Below, piece by piece: positions 29,840 to 39,553 of a stretch of DNA of 64,000 nt. The stretch spans positions 96,001 to 160,000 of the IMG/VR virus record IMGVR_UViG_3300047469_000312. One strand, written 5' to 3'. Source of the DNA: a virus. A program made the position numbers and the translations under genes. Under the pieces are notes generated by a model. That model was not told the origin of the DNA. It did no database searches and saw only the letters and a program-made list of their open reading frames with translations. Each line of letters opens with the position of its first letter. Position 1 is the stretch's first letter.

Positions 29840-30555
29840 ACTCCCAACTCAAAGTCTACGACGTCGACCCGGTGTTTGGACGACATGCGAAAGACGGCAA
29901 GATTACCCACTCGATGCGAGTCGGCTACACCACCTTTCGTCCCGGTATTGCCGTGACTACGGTGCTCGATGCAGCTGCGCGGCGTTACGAGATGTCGATG
30001 GACCCGGATGACGCGATTGCGGTGGCGGAGAAGATCAGCTTTGAGCGACTGCAAGAGCTCGATGAGTTGATCCCGCAAACGGGGCGGGAGTTCGTGCCCT
30101 ACGGCATGTATCTGAGCCTGCAGCGCGAGCTCGCGGAGTACCAGCTGCAAGTGTTGCAGATGCAGCGTATCCCGGTGCCGTCGTTTCAGCAACGTGTGTG
30201 GGAATGGTTCAAGTCGTGCTTCGGCCCGGCAGGCATCAAGGACAAGCTGCAGCGCTACTTCCGCTTCTACGAGGAGGCGACGGAGCTGGTGCAAGCAGGC
30301 GGCATAAGTCGTCAAGACGCTCACCGCATGGTCGATAGCGTTTACGACAAGACGCCCGGTAAGGTCTATCAAGAAGTGGGCGGCGTCGCCACCACCTTGG
30401 CGATGGTCTGTAACGCCGAAGGGCTCGAGCTGGATCATACCGCCGACACCGAGCTCGCACGGGTCTGGGGTAAGCAGGACGAGATTCGCGAAAAGCAAAA
30501 GCAAAAGCTTCACCCCGCATCGGGTGTGAGCAAGCGGCTCTACGCGGACGACTAA
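29836..30555 (+). CDS. protein with C-terminal MazG-like NTP pyrophosphohydrolase domain
   Basis: FQQRV.EW...CFG...R..RF.EEA.ELVQA...QEVGGV..TLA. Confidence 0.6.
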   Translation: MNSQLKVYDVDPVFGRHAKDGKITHSMRVGYTTFRPGIAVTTVLDAAARRYEMSMDPDDAIAVAEKISFERLQELDELIPQTGREFVPYGMYLSLQRELAEYQLQVLQMQRIPVPSFQQRVWEWFKSCFGPAGIKDKLQRYFRFYEEATELVQAGGISRQDAHRMVDSVYDKTPGKVYQEVGGVATTLAMVCNAEGLELDHTADTELARVWGKQDEIREKQKQKLHPASGVSKRLYADD

Positions 30556-30618
30556 GGCAAAGTTCACTCGGGCGACTCATCCATTGCAGAGTGAGATCAA
30601 CAACTAAAAACAAGGATT

Positions 30619-31011
30619 ATGGCCATGCCGTTGGTGTATTTGCGGTTCGGGGTTTTGCCCATTGGAGGCAAGAGCTACAACCGGGAAAAGAAAAAGCATG
30701 AAGCAGGAGTGGGCGTCTGGGAAGCCATCGAAGAAGAGTGCGGTGATCGTAAGCAGTACCGCATTTTGATGCCCCGGATGAAGCGTGATGAATGGCAGCG
30801 CGCAGCCGTTGAGCTGCATGCCTCGCACGGCAAACCCTGCTTTTTGGTGACGGGGAAGGTGCTAAAGGGCTTCGGCAGCTTTGGCGAAACGCTTCTGGGC
30901 GACGTGAAGATCGTCGAAGAAGTCAATCCATGCGCTGGGCGTAACTGGCGCGAACTTGCTGATCGTCCCCTGGATGCCGAGCAGGACGAAGCAGCAGGAG
31001 AGTATCTGTAA
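30619..31011 (+). CDS. hypothetical protein
   Basis: SD AAGGA. Confidence 0.7.
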   Translation: MAMPLVYLRFGVLPIGGKSYNREKKKHEAGVGVWEAIEEECGDRKQYRILMPRMKRDEWQRAAVELHASHGKPCFLVTGKVLKGFGSFGETLLGDVKIVEEVNPCAGRNWRELADRPLDAEQDEAAGEYL

Positions 31012-31499
31012 TGGAATTTCACCTCATTCCGAAGTATCGCTCGCTCGATGTCGTCGAAGCACTGAAGATCAAAGAGATCAAGTTTGTCAACATCGCGGGT
31101 GCGGATGTGACGAAGTTGGTTCCGGAAGACGAACGCTTCGACGAACTCACGCTGCCGTTCGAATTCTCGCTGCACCATACCCTGAAGCCGGGCGGCTACT
31201 GGGTGCGGCGTGCGAACGAGGCTTCCTCGTCGTATGTTCCGGCTGAACTGATCGAAGGTCATTACCAGCAAGCGACCGAAATCAGCCCGGACGTGCTCAA
31301 GAACATCCGTGCAGTGGTAGCCAAGGATCTGGTTTCGGACGAAGAAGTCTCGAAGCTGAGCCAGATGGTCTACAGCGAATTGCACGACGAGAACCAGGGC
31401 GTGATCGGTGGCCCGGACGTGATCCACATGCAGTATCCGGCGCGCCTGGCTGAAGCCGTCACCGAGCTGGTACTCAACAAGCTGGTGGCGCTGGCATGA
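31011..31499 (+). CDS. hypothetical protein (Y.S...VEA.KI...PGGY.V......SY.PA...E..Y domain)
   Basis: TAATG overlap; motif like phage domains often fused to DUF2829-type proteins. Confidence 0.65.
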   Translation: MEFHLIPKYRSLDVVEALKIKEIKFVNIAGADVTKLVPEDERFDELTLPFEFSLHHTLKPGGYWVRRANEASSSYVPAELIEGHYQQATEISPDVLKNIRAVVAKDLVSDEEVSKLSQMVYSELHDENQGVIGGPDVIHMQYPARLAEAVTELVLNKLVALA

Positions 31500-31942
31500 T
31501 CCGCTACGAGCAAGGCACACGTCTCGTCGACACCTTGGAAGCCGGTAAGCTACTGCACGGCATGGATATTCTCTATCCGGACTTTAGCTACTGGTTCACC
31601 AACAAAGTCATGCCCGGTGTCATGGTCGGGCGTGACATCCTGATGCTCGCCAAGGATAAGCACCAAGTCATTGGCGTGGCACTGGGTAAGAAGAACGCGC
31701 ACGAGACCAAGCTGCGCTGCGTGCGGGTGTTGCCGGAATACCAGAAGCGGGGAACCGGGATTCATCTCGTTGAAAAGATGCTCGTTCAATTGGACGACGA
31801 CAAGCCCAGTTGTACTGTGGCTGAAGAGATGTTTCACCAGTTCTCCCGACCGTTTATCAATCTGTTCGATTTCGATCTCACCAAAGTCGAAAAGGGCATG
31901 TACCGAGCGGGGAAGCTTGAGTATGTCTTCAACCAACATTGA
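31496..31942 (+). CDS. GNAT-family acetyltransferase
   Basis: KLRCVRVLPEYQKRGTGIHL motif A. Confidence 0.8.
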   Translation: MIRYEQGTRLVDTLEAGKLLHGMDILYPDFSYWFTNKVMPGVMVGRDILMLAKDKHQVIGVALGKKNAHETKLRCVRVLPEYQKRGTGIHLVEKMLVQLDDDKPSCTVAEEMFHQFSRPFINLFDFDLTKVEKGMYRAGKLEYVFNQH

Positions 31943-32177
31943 AGCCGTGGTCAATGGTGTTGCCGAAGGTGACATCAAGTTACTCAACACCAAAGACCTC
32001 ATGAACATCCTGCGGGTCTCACGTTCGACGATCAATCGTTGGTTAAAAGATTCGACGGCCTGCGACGTGCCCTTTCCTCAGCCGACGTTTATCTTCGGTC
32101 GAAGCGGTCGTTGGACCAAAGCCCATATCGTTGCCTGGGTGGATGCGAGCGTCAAGAAAGCTAAAGAGAAAGGATGA
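31923..32177 (+). CDS. AlpA/excisionase-like HTH protein
   Basis: LLNTKDLMNILRVSRSTINRW...FPQP...GRSGRW...I.AW. Confidence 0.8.
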   Translation: MSSTNIEAVVNGVAEGDIKLLNTKDLMNILRVSRSTINRWLKDSTACDVPFPQPTFIFGRSGRWTKAHIVAWVDASVKKAKEKG

Positions 32178-32178
32178 C

Positions 32179-32400
32179 ATGCGCTATAGGACAGCAAGAG
32201 AAGAAGTGAACCTCGTATGTTTTTGGCTCTGTCTGATCGCGGTCATCATTCTCGGCCTCTATCAGCTGCACGTGTATCGGGGCGAAGGCGTTCAGGACAA
32301 GGATCTCATCTGCACGCAAGGCGGCGCGGCTTACGTGATGTCGCTCGCCAAGATGATTCCGGTACCGAGCAAGGACGCGGTCTGTAAGAAGAAGGAGTAG
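32179..32400 (+). CDS. small membrane-anchored protein
   Basis: SD AAGGA; one TM. Confidence 0.6.
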   Translation: MRYRTAREEVNLVCFWLCLIAVIILGLYQLHVYRGEGVQDKDLICTQGGAAYVMSLAKMIPVPSKDAVCKKKE

Positions 32401-32402
32401 TC

Positions 32403-32690
32403 GTGAGCACACCGGTCAGGTTGATGACCATCGGGGACGTGTGTCGTTTTACCAAAAAGAGCCGGGAGAAGATCGAGCTCTATTTGAGGCGACCAGAGAA
32501 GGCACCCGTGCCCTTTCCCCTACCTGTGGTGGTAGAAGGTAAGGAGCGCTGGTGGGACCGCAAAGCGATTAGACGTTGGGCAACGTGTTATGCGCAGTAT
32601 CGGAGCATTGTGAACTTACGCGTGCGGGGCAATACGCGCGTACTGCATACACTTCCGAGCGCACGGATCAAAGAGACTGATCCAAAATAA
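32403..32690 (+). CDS. second AlpA-like HTH protein
   Basis: LMTIGDVCRFTKKSR..I...FPLP......RWW...AIRRW. Confidence 0.65.
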   Translation: MSTPVRLMTIGDVCRFTKKSREKIELYLRRPEKAPVPFPLPVVVEGKERWWDRKAIRRWATCYAQYRSIVNLRVRGNTRVLHTLPSARIKETDPK

Positions 32691-32716
32691 TTTCAGACCT
32701 ATATAACAAAGGTGAG
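32689..32716 (+). promoter_or_regulatory. phiKZ-type early promoter (TTTCAGACCTATATAAC-N4-GTGAG)
   Basis: Shared motif with 48125-48152 and 61864-61891. Confidence 0.7.
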
Positions 32717-32767
32717 TTGGAAACAATACCAGCTTAATCCACTTCACCAACGGAAAATACAATCATC

Positions 32768-34798
32768 ATGAAATCGAATTCGATCAAGAAGAATGCCCTC
32801 CTCATCGCTTTGCTCGCTTCTGTCTCGGTTGGCGCTTATGCCAACTGCGGAAACGGCTACAACGGTAACGGTAACGGCTGCGGCGAAGGTCAAGTCGGCC
32901 CGCAAGGCCCGGCAGGCCCCGCAGGTGCCAACGGCAAGGACGGCGCGTCGGTTACTGGCGTGAACATCAGCGGTTCGACGGTGACGACCACGCTGTCGAA
33001 CGGCACATCGGTACAAGGTTCCGTGTCGGGTCTGGCCACCTCGGCTCAGCTGAACAGCACCAACCAGAACGTGTCGCAACTGCAGCAGACCACCCAGCAA
33101 CAAGGCTCGGCGATCAACAGCCTGCAGGTGAACAGCGCCACGCATCAGGAAGTGACCGACACTGCTGCAGGCACGCTGGCTGCAGCGAACGTGCATACCG
33201 ACGCTTCGGTGGCGGCTGAAGCAAGCCGTGCCAAAGGCGCGGAAGCCAACCTGCAGTCGCAAGTAAATGGTGTGTCGAGCACGGCTAACCAAGCCTTGTC
33301 GAACTCGCAAGCCGCGCAAGCAACGGCCGGTCAAGCGAAGTCGATCGCGCAAGGTGCAGACGCCAAGGCCAATACGGCAATCGGCATCGCCACCGGTGCC
33401 GCTATCACGGCAACGGGTGCTGCCATCGTCGCGGGTCACGCTGAAGGCGTCGCTGAAGGTGCAGCAGCTCTTGCACAATCGGCTACGGCTACGGCAAACA
33501 CCGCCAATGCGAAGGCCGACGCCAACGCAACGGCGATCAGCAAGGAAACCACCCGTGCGACCACCGCGGAAGCAGGTCTGCAAACCGGTGTGAACAAGGC
33601 GCAAGCGACGGCAGACGCAGCGGGTAAAGCCGCTTCGCATGCACAAGGTACGGCAGATGCCGCCCTGGTCGTCGGCAGTGCAGCACTCGGTCTGGCAGGT
33701 AAGGCAGAAGGCGACGCTCAGCACGCCCAGTCGACCGCGAACACGGCGCTGAATCAGTCCAAGCAAAACAGCTCGGCTATCTCGGACCTGCAAGCGAACA
33801 GCGCAACCCACGCTGAAGTTGCGACCGCCACGCAAACGGCGATCGATACGTCGATGGACTACACCAACAACGTCGCGCACGATTTGCAAGCCCAGCAACA
33901 AGCCGGTGATGCGGCTACCCTGAGCGCCGCTAACGCGAACGCAGCAGCAGGGGATGCGAAGACGCTGAAGTCGGCGAACTCGCACGCCGATGCGGCCGCC
34001 GCCGCAGCTTACGTCGGTGCAGTGGCTACGTCGGGTGCTTACACCGACTACGTCGCAGGCAAGACGCTTAACTCGGCCAAGGGCTACACCGACAAGCAAG
34101 TCGGCGCAGAATCGAGCCGTGCCCAAGCTGCCGAAAGCACGTTGCAGTCCAACATCAATACGGAATCGAATCGCGCCCAGACTGCGGAAGCAGGCCTGAA
34201 CACGAAGATCGACAACGAAACGACGCGTGCTACGACGGCAGAAGCCGGACTGCAAACCCAGATCACCGGGAATACCCAGTCCATCACCCAGCTCCAAGCT
34301 GATGTGAATAAGGGCCAAGTCGGCGCAACCGCGAAGGTGCAGTCGAACAACTCGGTGGCACTCGGTGCGAACTCGGTGGCTGATCGTGACAATTCGGTGT
34401 CGGTGGGTTCCGCCGGTAACGAACGTCAGATCACCAACGTGGCGGCCGGTACGGCGCCGACCGATGCAGCGAACGTGGGCCAGGTGAACTACGCGCAGCA
34501 ACAGTCGTACGCTTACACCGACCGTGCGGTGGCGAACCTGCAGAACCAGTTCGACAGCTACAAGAAGGACACCTACGGTGGCCTCGCTTCGGTGCTGGCG
34601 ATCGCGGGTCTGCCGCAACCGACGCAAGCAGGCAAGTCGATGATCTCCGCTGCGGTGTCGAACTACCATGGCCAACAAGGCCTGGCAATCGGCGTCTCGA
34701 CGGTGACCGGTGACAACCACTGGGTCATCAAGGCAGGCGTGTCAACCAGCAGCCGCGGCGACGTGGCGGCAGTGGGTTCGGCTGGCTTCCAGTTCTAA
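32768..34798 (+). CDS. YadA-like trimeric autotransporter adhesin
   Basis: Signal peptide, [10 protein letters not shown] collagen triplets, E..RA..AE..L stalk repeats, SVALGA head, [10 protein letters not shown]...TDAANVGQ neck, YadA anchor ending GFQF. Confidence 0.93.
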   Translation: MKSNSIKKNALLIALLASVSVGAYANCGNGYNGNGNGCGEGQVGPQGPAGPAGANGKDGASVTGVNISGSTVTTTLSNGTSVQGSVSGLATSAQLNSTNQNVSQLQQTTQQQGSAINSLQVNSATHQEVTDTAAGTLAAANVHTDASVAAEASRAKGAEANLQSQVNGVSSTANQALSNSQAAQATAGQAKSIAQGADAKANTAIGIATGAAITATGAAIVAGHAEGVAEGAAALAQSATATANTANAKADANATAISKETTRATTAEAGLQTGVNKAQATADAAGKAASHAQGTADAALVVGSAALGLAGKAEGDAQHAQSTANTALNQSKQNSSAISDLQANSATHAEVATATQTAIDTSMDYTNNVAHDLQAQQQAGDAATLSAANANAAAGDAKTLKSANSHADAAAAAAYVGAVATSGAYTDYVAGKTLNSAKGYTDKQVGAESSRAQAAESTLQSNINTESNRAQTAEAGLNTKIDNETTRATTAEAGLQTQITGNTQSITQLQADVNKGQVGATAKVQSNNSVALGANSVADRDNSVSVGSAGNERQITNVAAGTAPTDAANVGQVNYAQQQSYAYTDRAVANLQNQFDSYKKDTYGGLASVLAIAGLPQPTQAGKSMISAAVSNYHGQQGLAIGVSTVTGDNHWVIKAGVSTSSRGDVAAVGSAGFQF

Positions 34799-34808
34799 AC
34801 TGCTTCAT

Positions 34809-34871
34809 GCCCACTACTTCCGGCTTCGGCTGGGGTAGTGGGTTGAGGGATTTCGATCCCTCTTTTTTTTT
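34809..34871 (+). terminator. hairpins + T run after adhesin
   Basis: GCCCACTAC...GTAGTGGGT then GAGGGAT-ttcg-ATCCCTC TTTTTTTT. Confidence 0.8.
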
Positions 34872-34889
34872 GTTCAAAACGAGACTAAA

Positions 34890-35237
34890 TTGGAGACCGT
34901 TGTGGATTCACTTATTAAGTTCCTGGCATTTGCATTTCAAGACGGTGCATTCGAAGGTGAGCACAGCGCAGAAGAGTTGCTGGCGAAGCTCTCGACACGC
35001 GAAGACTGTAGCGAAGACACTGTGACCTTCTTGCGTCATTCGGCCAAGACAGGTTTACTCAATCTGAGCGTCTGCGAAATCCTCTCGGGCAAGCGCAGTG
35101 AAGCCAAGCGCGAAGCATTCGGGCTGGATTACCTGCAAGCGAAGTTGCTGGTCCGTTCGCTGCCGGATCGCATCGAGCACGTCATGCGTGAAGCAAGGCA
35201 TTGGGAACACCTACGCAATACCGCAGCAGCTGCTTAA
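34890..35237 (+). CDS. hypothetical protein
   Basis: ORF; start probably GTG after GGAG. Confidence 0.6.
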   Translation: METVVDSLIKFLAFAFQDGAFEGEHSAEELLAKLSTREDCSEDTVTFLRHSAKTGLLNLSVCEILSGKRSEAKREAFGLDYLQAKLLVRSLPDRIEHVMREARHWEHLRNTAAAA

Positions 35238-35408
35238 AGGAGCAACGATGTACAAGCGTTACTGTCATTACCTGCCATGCATGTTTAAGGGTTGTATTAA
35301 CCCGACCATGCTAAACAGCGACTACTGCTACGAGCACTTCGACGTGCAAGGGCGTGAAGCCAAGTGAAGTAGCGCAGCAGGTCCATTAACCTAGATGGGA
35401 GAGAAGAC

Positions 35409-35909
35409 ATGCGCCGATGGGGAAACGTCGTGGCGTTTTACACTCGTCGTGATTTCATGTCAAACCACTACATCTGTCACTTCAAAGTGAAGGGCATTTC
35501 GTTCTCGTCGCTCGAGCAGTTCATGATGTACTGCAAGGCGATGCTCTTTAAGGACCACGATGTAGCGGAGCTCATTCTGAAGACCGATAACCCGCAAGCG
35601 CAGAAAGTCTTAGGACGCAAAGTGCGCGGTTACGTCGATGCAGTGTGGGTGGCCAAGCGAGAGCAGTTTATTCTCATTGGCATGCTTGAGAAGTATAGTC
35701 AGAACCCGCAGGAGCGCCAGTGGCTCCTCGAGACGGGCAATGACATCCTGGTCGAAGCCAGCGAACGCGATACCGTGTACGGCGTGGGTCTCAGTGAAGA
35801 CGATCCCCGTATCGAGAATCCCTATGAGTGGAAAGGTGCCAACTTGTGTGGTGTCCTGACCATGAAGGCTCGGGAGCAGTTGCAGACCCGAGCAGTTCGT
35901 GTGGGGTAA
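35409..35909 (+). CDS. NADAR (YbiA) family protein
   Basis: MSN.Y...F....F.S.EQFMM..KAMLF.D, K.LGRKV, L.ETG...LVEAS..D.VYGVG, W.G.NLCG. Confidence 0.93.
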   Translation: MRRWGNVVAFYTRRDFMSNHYICHFKVKGISFSSLEQFMMYCKAMLFKDHDVAELILKTDNPQAQKVLGRKVRGYVDAVWVAKREQFILIGMLEKYSQNPQERQWLLETGNDILVEASERDTVYGVGLSEDDPRIENPYEWKGANLCGVLTMKAREQLQTRAVRVG

Positions 35910-35925
35910 GGCCAGGAGGGAGGTG

Positions 35926-36333
35926 ATGGCAGAGAAGTGTAGTAGCTGCAAGACGGCACGGGTGTTTGACGCGTCGGCTTGCGTAGAGTGTGGTCGCGGT
36001 TTTCCTGCGACTGCGGTATCGGCGGAAAACGCCTACTGGGCGCTCTTGCCTGTCATGCGTGACATGGCGCGACGACTCGGCTGGTGTTTGGCGCTTTATG
36101 GACCACTGCGTCGGGACATGGACATGGTGGCCGTACCGTGGAAGGAAGACGCTGTGCCTCACGAACAGCTTCTCGAAGAAATCATTAAGACTTTTGGCGA
36201 TCGCTATTCCGACGCGCAACCCGATTCGACAATCGGCCGACAGGGCGTCACCGTAATCTGTCGCAAGCGCATCGTGCGTGAGTGTGGCAGCTACATCGAC
36301 GTCTCGGTAGTAGACCCTCGCATCAAAGAGTGA
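35926..36333 (+). CDS. minimal nucleotidyltransferase-like protein with N-terminal Zn ribbon
   Basis: CSSC...CVEC; A...GW.LALYGPLRRDMDMVAVPW (G-S...DxD-like). Confidence 0.5.
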   Translation: MAEKCSSCKTARVFDASACVECGRGFPATAVSAENAYWALLPVMRDMARRLGWCLALYGPLRRDMDMVAVPWKEDAVPHEQLLEEIIKTFGDRYSDAQPDSTIGRQGVTVICRKRIVRECGSYIDVSVVDPRIKE

Positions 36334-36343
36334 AAAGGAACCT

Positions 36344-36679
36344 ATGCGACTCGTTAATCGTCGTTTGATGTTACAGATGCCGATCTCCACTGTGTATTCG
36401 ATGTGGATTCCGAATAGTTACGTCGAGCTGTTTGTGTTCACGGGACTGCGTGGCACAGAAGAGTGGGAAGCCATCAAGTTAGTCGATGGCGTGAAAACCG
36501 CGTTCTTCCTTGATCCTGTTTTTGTTAAGTCCGTGCCGCGCTTCACGCCTGCACCAGGCGACACGCGCAGCCAGCTGTATCTGATCTGGGAAGAGGCAGA
36601 CATTCAACGCATGCTGGGCCGCATGCAAGCGGCACTGGCATCCGTGCCGAACCAGGCACACGTATTCTTAGGGGACTGA
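36344..36679 (+). CDS. hypothetical protein, paralog of 36923-37282
   Basis: MR.V....L..P..T.. / ..E..D+..+..R+. Confidence 0.65.
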   Translation: MRLVNRRLMLQMPISTVYSMWIPNSYVELFVFTGLRGTEEWEAIKLVDGVKTAFFLDPVFVKSVPRFTPAPGDTRSQLYLIWEEADIQRMLGRMQAALASVPNQAHVFLGD

Positions 36680-36680
36680 C

Positions 36681-36920
36681 ATGAGTTGGTGGGTGAAGAT
36701 CACGGCGAGTGCCTTTGGCTGCTACGCGATGGGTAGTTGTTTGCTGGCCATGATGATGGTGTTGCACTACGTGGGACATCGTCGCAAACTTGGGCGCGCA
36801 GAATGGCTGACCGTGCTCACGTGCTTGCCGCTGGTCAATGTCGTGGTCATCGCCTACCTCGTCCTCGAAGGCGTCACCAAGGTCACGGGCAAGCCGATTA
36901 ATATCGGACCAAAGAGGTAG
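36681..36920 (+). CDS. small membrane protein
   Basis: SD GGGGA; 2 TM. Confidence 0.65.
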   Translation: MSWWVKITASAFGCYAMGSCLLAMMMVLHYVGHRRKLGRAEWLTVLTCLPLVNVVVIAYLVLEGVTKVTGKPINIGPKR

Positions 36921-36922
36921 CG

Positions 36923-37282
36923 ATGAGAATTGTAGGCTTGGAAGAATTCCTCGCTCTGCCGAACGAGACCCTCTTCTGTAAGTATTACAACGAGGCGAGC
37001 TGGGGGGATCTGCGTATCAAGACGGGACTGGCGGCTCAGGGCGACTACATGTTCCAGAACGTGTTGGAGGTGAAAGCCGATGACGCGGACCATAGCCGCA
37101 TGCTTCAGCGCACTGCGGTAGCCAGTTGCAGTCGTTTCAGTCTGGACTTACGCTGTCCGGCACGCGATACCCTCGGCCACGCCAATGCGAAATTCGTGGT
37201 GTTCGAGAAAAGTGACGTTAAAGCCATCATGGAGCGACTCAAGTCCGTGATGAAAGCATTTGAGGAAAAGAATGGCAGTTGA
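36923..37282 (+). CDS. hypothetical protein, paralog of 36344-36679
   Basis: SD GAGG. Confidence 0.65.
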   Translation: MRIVGLEEFLALPNETLFCKYYNEASWGDLRIKTGLAAQGDYMFQNVLEVKADDADHSRMLQRTAVASCSRFSLDLRCPARDTLGHANAKFVVFEKSDVKAIMERLKSVMKAFEEKNGS

Positions 37283-37448
37283 ATCGGGTTGCATCGGCGT
37301 GTGTTCCACGCTTTTCGATGCAGTGTGTAAGGGCTGTGGTCGCACTCAGGCAGATGTCGATGGCTGGGTGTTTCTCACGGAAGATGAACAACGTGAAGCA
37401 GTCCGAAACGCACAGGAACGACTGCGGCAGGCGGAGGCGCAGAAATGA
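37272..37448 (+). CDS. DUF1289 Cys-rich protein
   Basis: S.CIGVCS....VCKGCGRT..+V..W. Confidence 0.85.
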   Translation: MAVESGCIGVCSTLFDAVCKGCGRTQADVDGWVFLTEDEQREAVRNAQERLRQAEAQK

Positions 37449-37921
37449 AGCAGCTGGCTCAAGGACTGGATAAGGGTTACACGAACTCGTTCCGGGAGTA
37501 TTTCGAGAACTTCCTCTGGGCACGGGAAACCACCCCGGAAGTGAACCTGACGGACATCGGCTTTACGCTGACGCCGAAGGGAGCGATCGACATGCGCCAC
37601 GGGGTGGACAACGTGCGCTTTGCTTACGGCACGTTTGCCAAGTTCAAGACCACGACTGGCATGCGAGTGGTGCTGCTGATGACGCGCCTCGGTGCGATCG
37701 GGTTGTACGAGTACATCGAAGACCCGAGTAAGCCGAACAACCTGAAGCTGGGGCTGCTGCAATCCACCGCCGTCGCCACGCACTGGTTTATCCGCAAGGC
37801 AGAAGGCAACGACGCGCAACTCGAACAACTGCTGTGGCTCTTTGGTGTCCCGGAGAAGGGCATCATGAATCTGGCTGAACGACTCGATGCGCTTGCTGAG
37901 CAGTTGAGTGTGAAGCCGTAA
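37445..37921 (+). CDS. hypothetical protein
   Basis: ATGA overlap, SD GGAGG. Confidence 0.7.
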   Translation: MKQLAQGLDKGYTNSFREYFENFLWARETTPEVNLTDIGFTLTPKGAIDMRHGVDNVRFAYGTFAKFKTTTGMRVVLLMTRLGAIGLYEYIEDPSKPNNLKLGLLQSTAVATHWFIRKAEGNDAQLEQLLWLFGVPEKGIMNLAERLDALAEQLSVKP

Positions 37922-37936
37922 CATCGGGGAAGGACC

Positions 37937-38221
37937 ATGCCGTACCAATTTGTTTTGGGTTCGCCCACGCGCGCCGGTGCGCACAGCAACATCGAGTATT
38001 TTAGCGAACACGCGGACCGGGGCGATGTCCCCAACATCGTGACGCTGGAAATTCGTGCGATGCGTTTCAATACGCAGGCTGAGGCCGGTGCCCGCATTGC
38101 CGACTTCATGCAAGCAAAGCAAGGCCAGAAGCAAGCGATTCGTCGTTCGTTGGGTCGGGAAGAAAAACCGCTTTACGAACCGCAGGATAGTTCGCCGATC
38201 TACATCTTGCCAGTGGAGTGA
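37937..38221 (+). CDS. hypothetical protein
   Basis: SD; followed by hairpin+TATGCCG 38230-38259. Confidence 0.65.
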   Translation: MPYQFVLGSPTRAGAHSNIEYFSEHADRGDVPNIVTLEIRAMRFNTQAEAGARIADFMQAKQGQKQAIRRSLGREEKPLYEPQDSSPIYILPVE

Positions 38222-38272
38222 CTGGACCTGAGGCGGGCTTCGGCTCGCCTCCTATGCCGCTAAATCGAAAGC

Positions 38273-38281
38273 CATCGTATG
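38273..38281 (+). promoter_or_regulatory. late-promoter candidate CATCGTATG
   Basis: TATG core (phiKZ late consensus) upstream of structural-type genes. Confidence 0.5.
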
Positions 38282-38309
38282 AATCTATTCTTTCTCACTG
38301 GAGCAGTAC

Positions 38310-38834
38310 ATGGCACTCTCTGACGAACTCGCTCAACTTCAAACCGCAGTTGCCAGCACCGGCACCGCGATCCACAATAAAGACAGTGCTGAAGCCACGA
38401 CGCGCCAGAATGCGGATATTGCGCTCGGCGCGCAGGTCGGCAGTCAACGGGGTCTGGTATCGATCAAAACGGGCGCCAGCACCCTGCCAGCCGATCCTTG
38501 GGGGTATGTCTACCAGACCGACGCGGCGAACACCACGGGTGCGCTGAGCACTGCTTTGCCTGCTGCAGCACCTGCCAACGCGGGTAAGCGCTTGGTCTTT
38601 GAAAATACCTCGGGGTTTAACTGGACGCTCACGGCGTCCAACATTTTGTCCTCGCAAAGCAACGGCGCGGCTTCACTGGTGCTCGCCCCTGGTACGACGG
38701 CTGAACTCTATCACGACGGTGCCAGCTACCTGGTCGAAGGCGGCACCTATGTAAGTGGCGGCAACGGTAAGACGACAGTGTCCGCTGCGGCTCCCTCGGG
38801 TGGTGCGAATGGCGATACTTGGTATCAGGTGTAA
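38310..38834 (+). CDS. tail-fibre-like virion protein
   Basis: G/A/T/S-rich; TALPAAA..NAGKRLVFEN; VSAAAPSGGANGDTWYQV tail-fibre motif. Confidence 0.7.
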   Translation: MALSDELAQLQTAVASTGTAIHNKDSAEATTRQNADIALGAQVGSQRGLVSIKTGASTLPADPWGYVYQTDAANTTGALSTALPAAAPANAGKRLVFENTSGFNWTLTASNILSSQSNGAASLVLAPGTTAELYHDGASYLVEGGTYVSGGNGKTTVSAAAPSGGANGDTWYQV

Positions 38835-38836
38835 AC

Positions 38837-39550
38837 ATGCCGATCTACAAGAACATTAGCGGAACGTGGACTGTCACCAAACACCTCTGGCGCAACATCA
38901 ACGGCACCTGGACCAAGGTGCGGCGCGCCTTTCGCAATGTGAACGGCACCTGGACGCAGTACCACGGCGATAACGACTTTACGGCGTATTCGTTGGGCTT
39001 GCTCCAGAACCGTATTGCGGCGGCCAATGGGGGACTGTGGATGAATGGGGCCCAGAAGTTGGGTCCGACTCGCTCTTACAGTCTTGTCACCTTTGACAAG
39101 TACGGCAACATCGCCTTTAGTCGCTCGTACGATATTTTCGGCGAAGCCTCGGACGGCTCACCTACCGCGACCCCGTATGGTTCGGCACAGTTTTCAGCCG
39201 ACGTGGGCGCGCTCGCGACGGGTACGAACTTCGTGCTCGTCACCTACGACGAACCCGCGAGTGGTGTCGCCCCCGTTGAGCCAGGGGTGACTAATCCCCC
39301 GATCGCAGCGGTTGATAACGCACTGGTGGCGCTCGGAGCCTCGAGCTCGATGTTAAACAGTATTCAGTATCGAGGCGCGTACTTGCTGCTCGGTAGCAAG
39401 GGGGGCACCAAGGCGGCTGAGCTCTACGCCGGGACGTATCAAACCGGCATTGGTAGCGGTGGCACGGACGCGGGTTGTTTGGATGGCGCCGTGGGTGTCA
39501 CGTTCAATGTGGTCAACGGAGTCATCAGTAACGTGGTAAGGACACTTTAA
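38837..39550 (+). CDS. virion-type protein with N-terminal NxxGTW repeats and ILEI/PANDER (GG-type lectin) domain
   Basis: 3x (K/R)N(I/V)(S/N)GTW; RSY.LV.FD..G.....RSYD.F, VLVTYDEP, L..LGA, YRGAY.LLG.KG. Confidence 0.65.
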   Translation: MPIYKNISGTWTVTKHLWRNINGTWTKVRRAFRNVNGTWTQYHGDNDFTAYSLGLLQNRIAAANGGLWMNGAQKLGPTRSYSLVTFDKYGNIAFSRSYDIFGEASDGSPTATPYGSAQFSADVGALATGTNFVLVTYDEPASGVAPVEPGVTNPPIAAVDNALVALGASSSMLNSIQYRGAYLLLGSKGGTKAAELYAGTYQTGIGSGGTDAGCLDGAVGVTFNVVNGVISNVVRTL

Positions 39551-39553
39551 GCA

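Noticed and set aside
33200-34270. Repeated DNA in the adhesin as a possible CRISPR or DGR repeat
   Set aside because: The repeats are in-frame, degenerate at third positions and encode stalk repeats; no spacers and no RT
32744-34720. 658-aa minus-strand ORF
   Set aside because: Shadow of the Ala/Thr-rich adhesin gene
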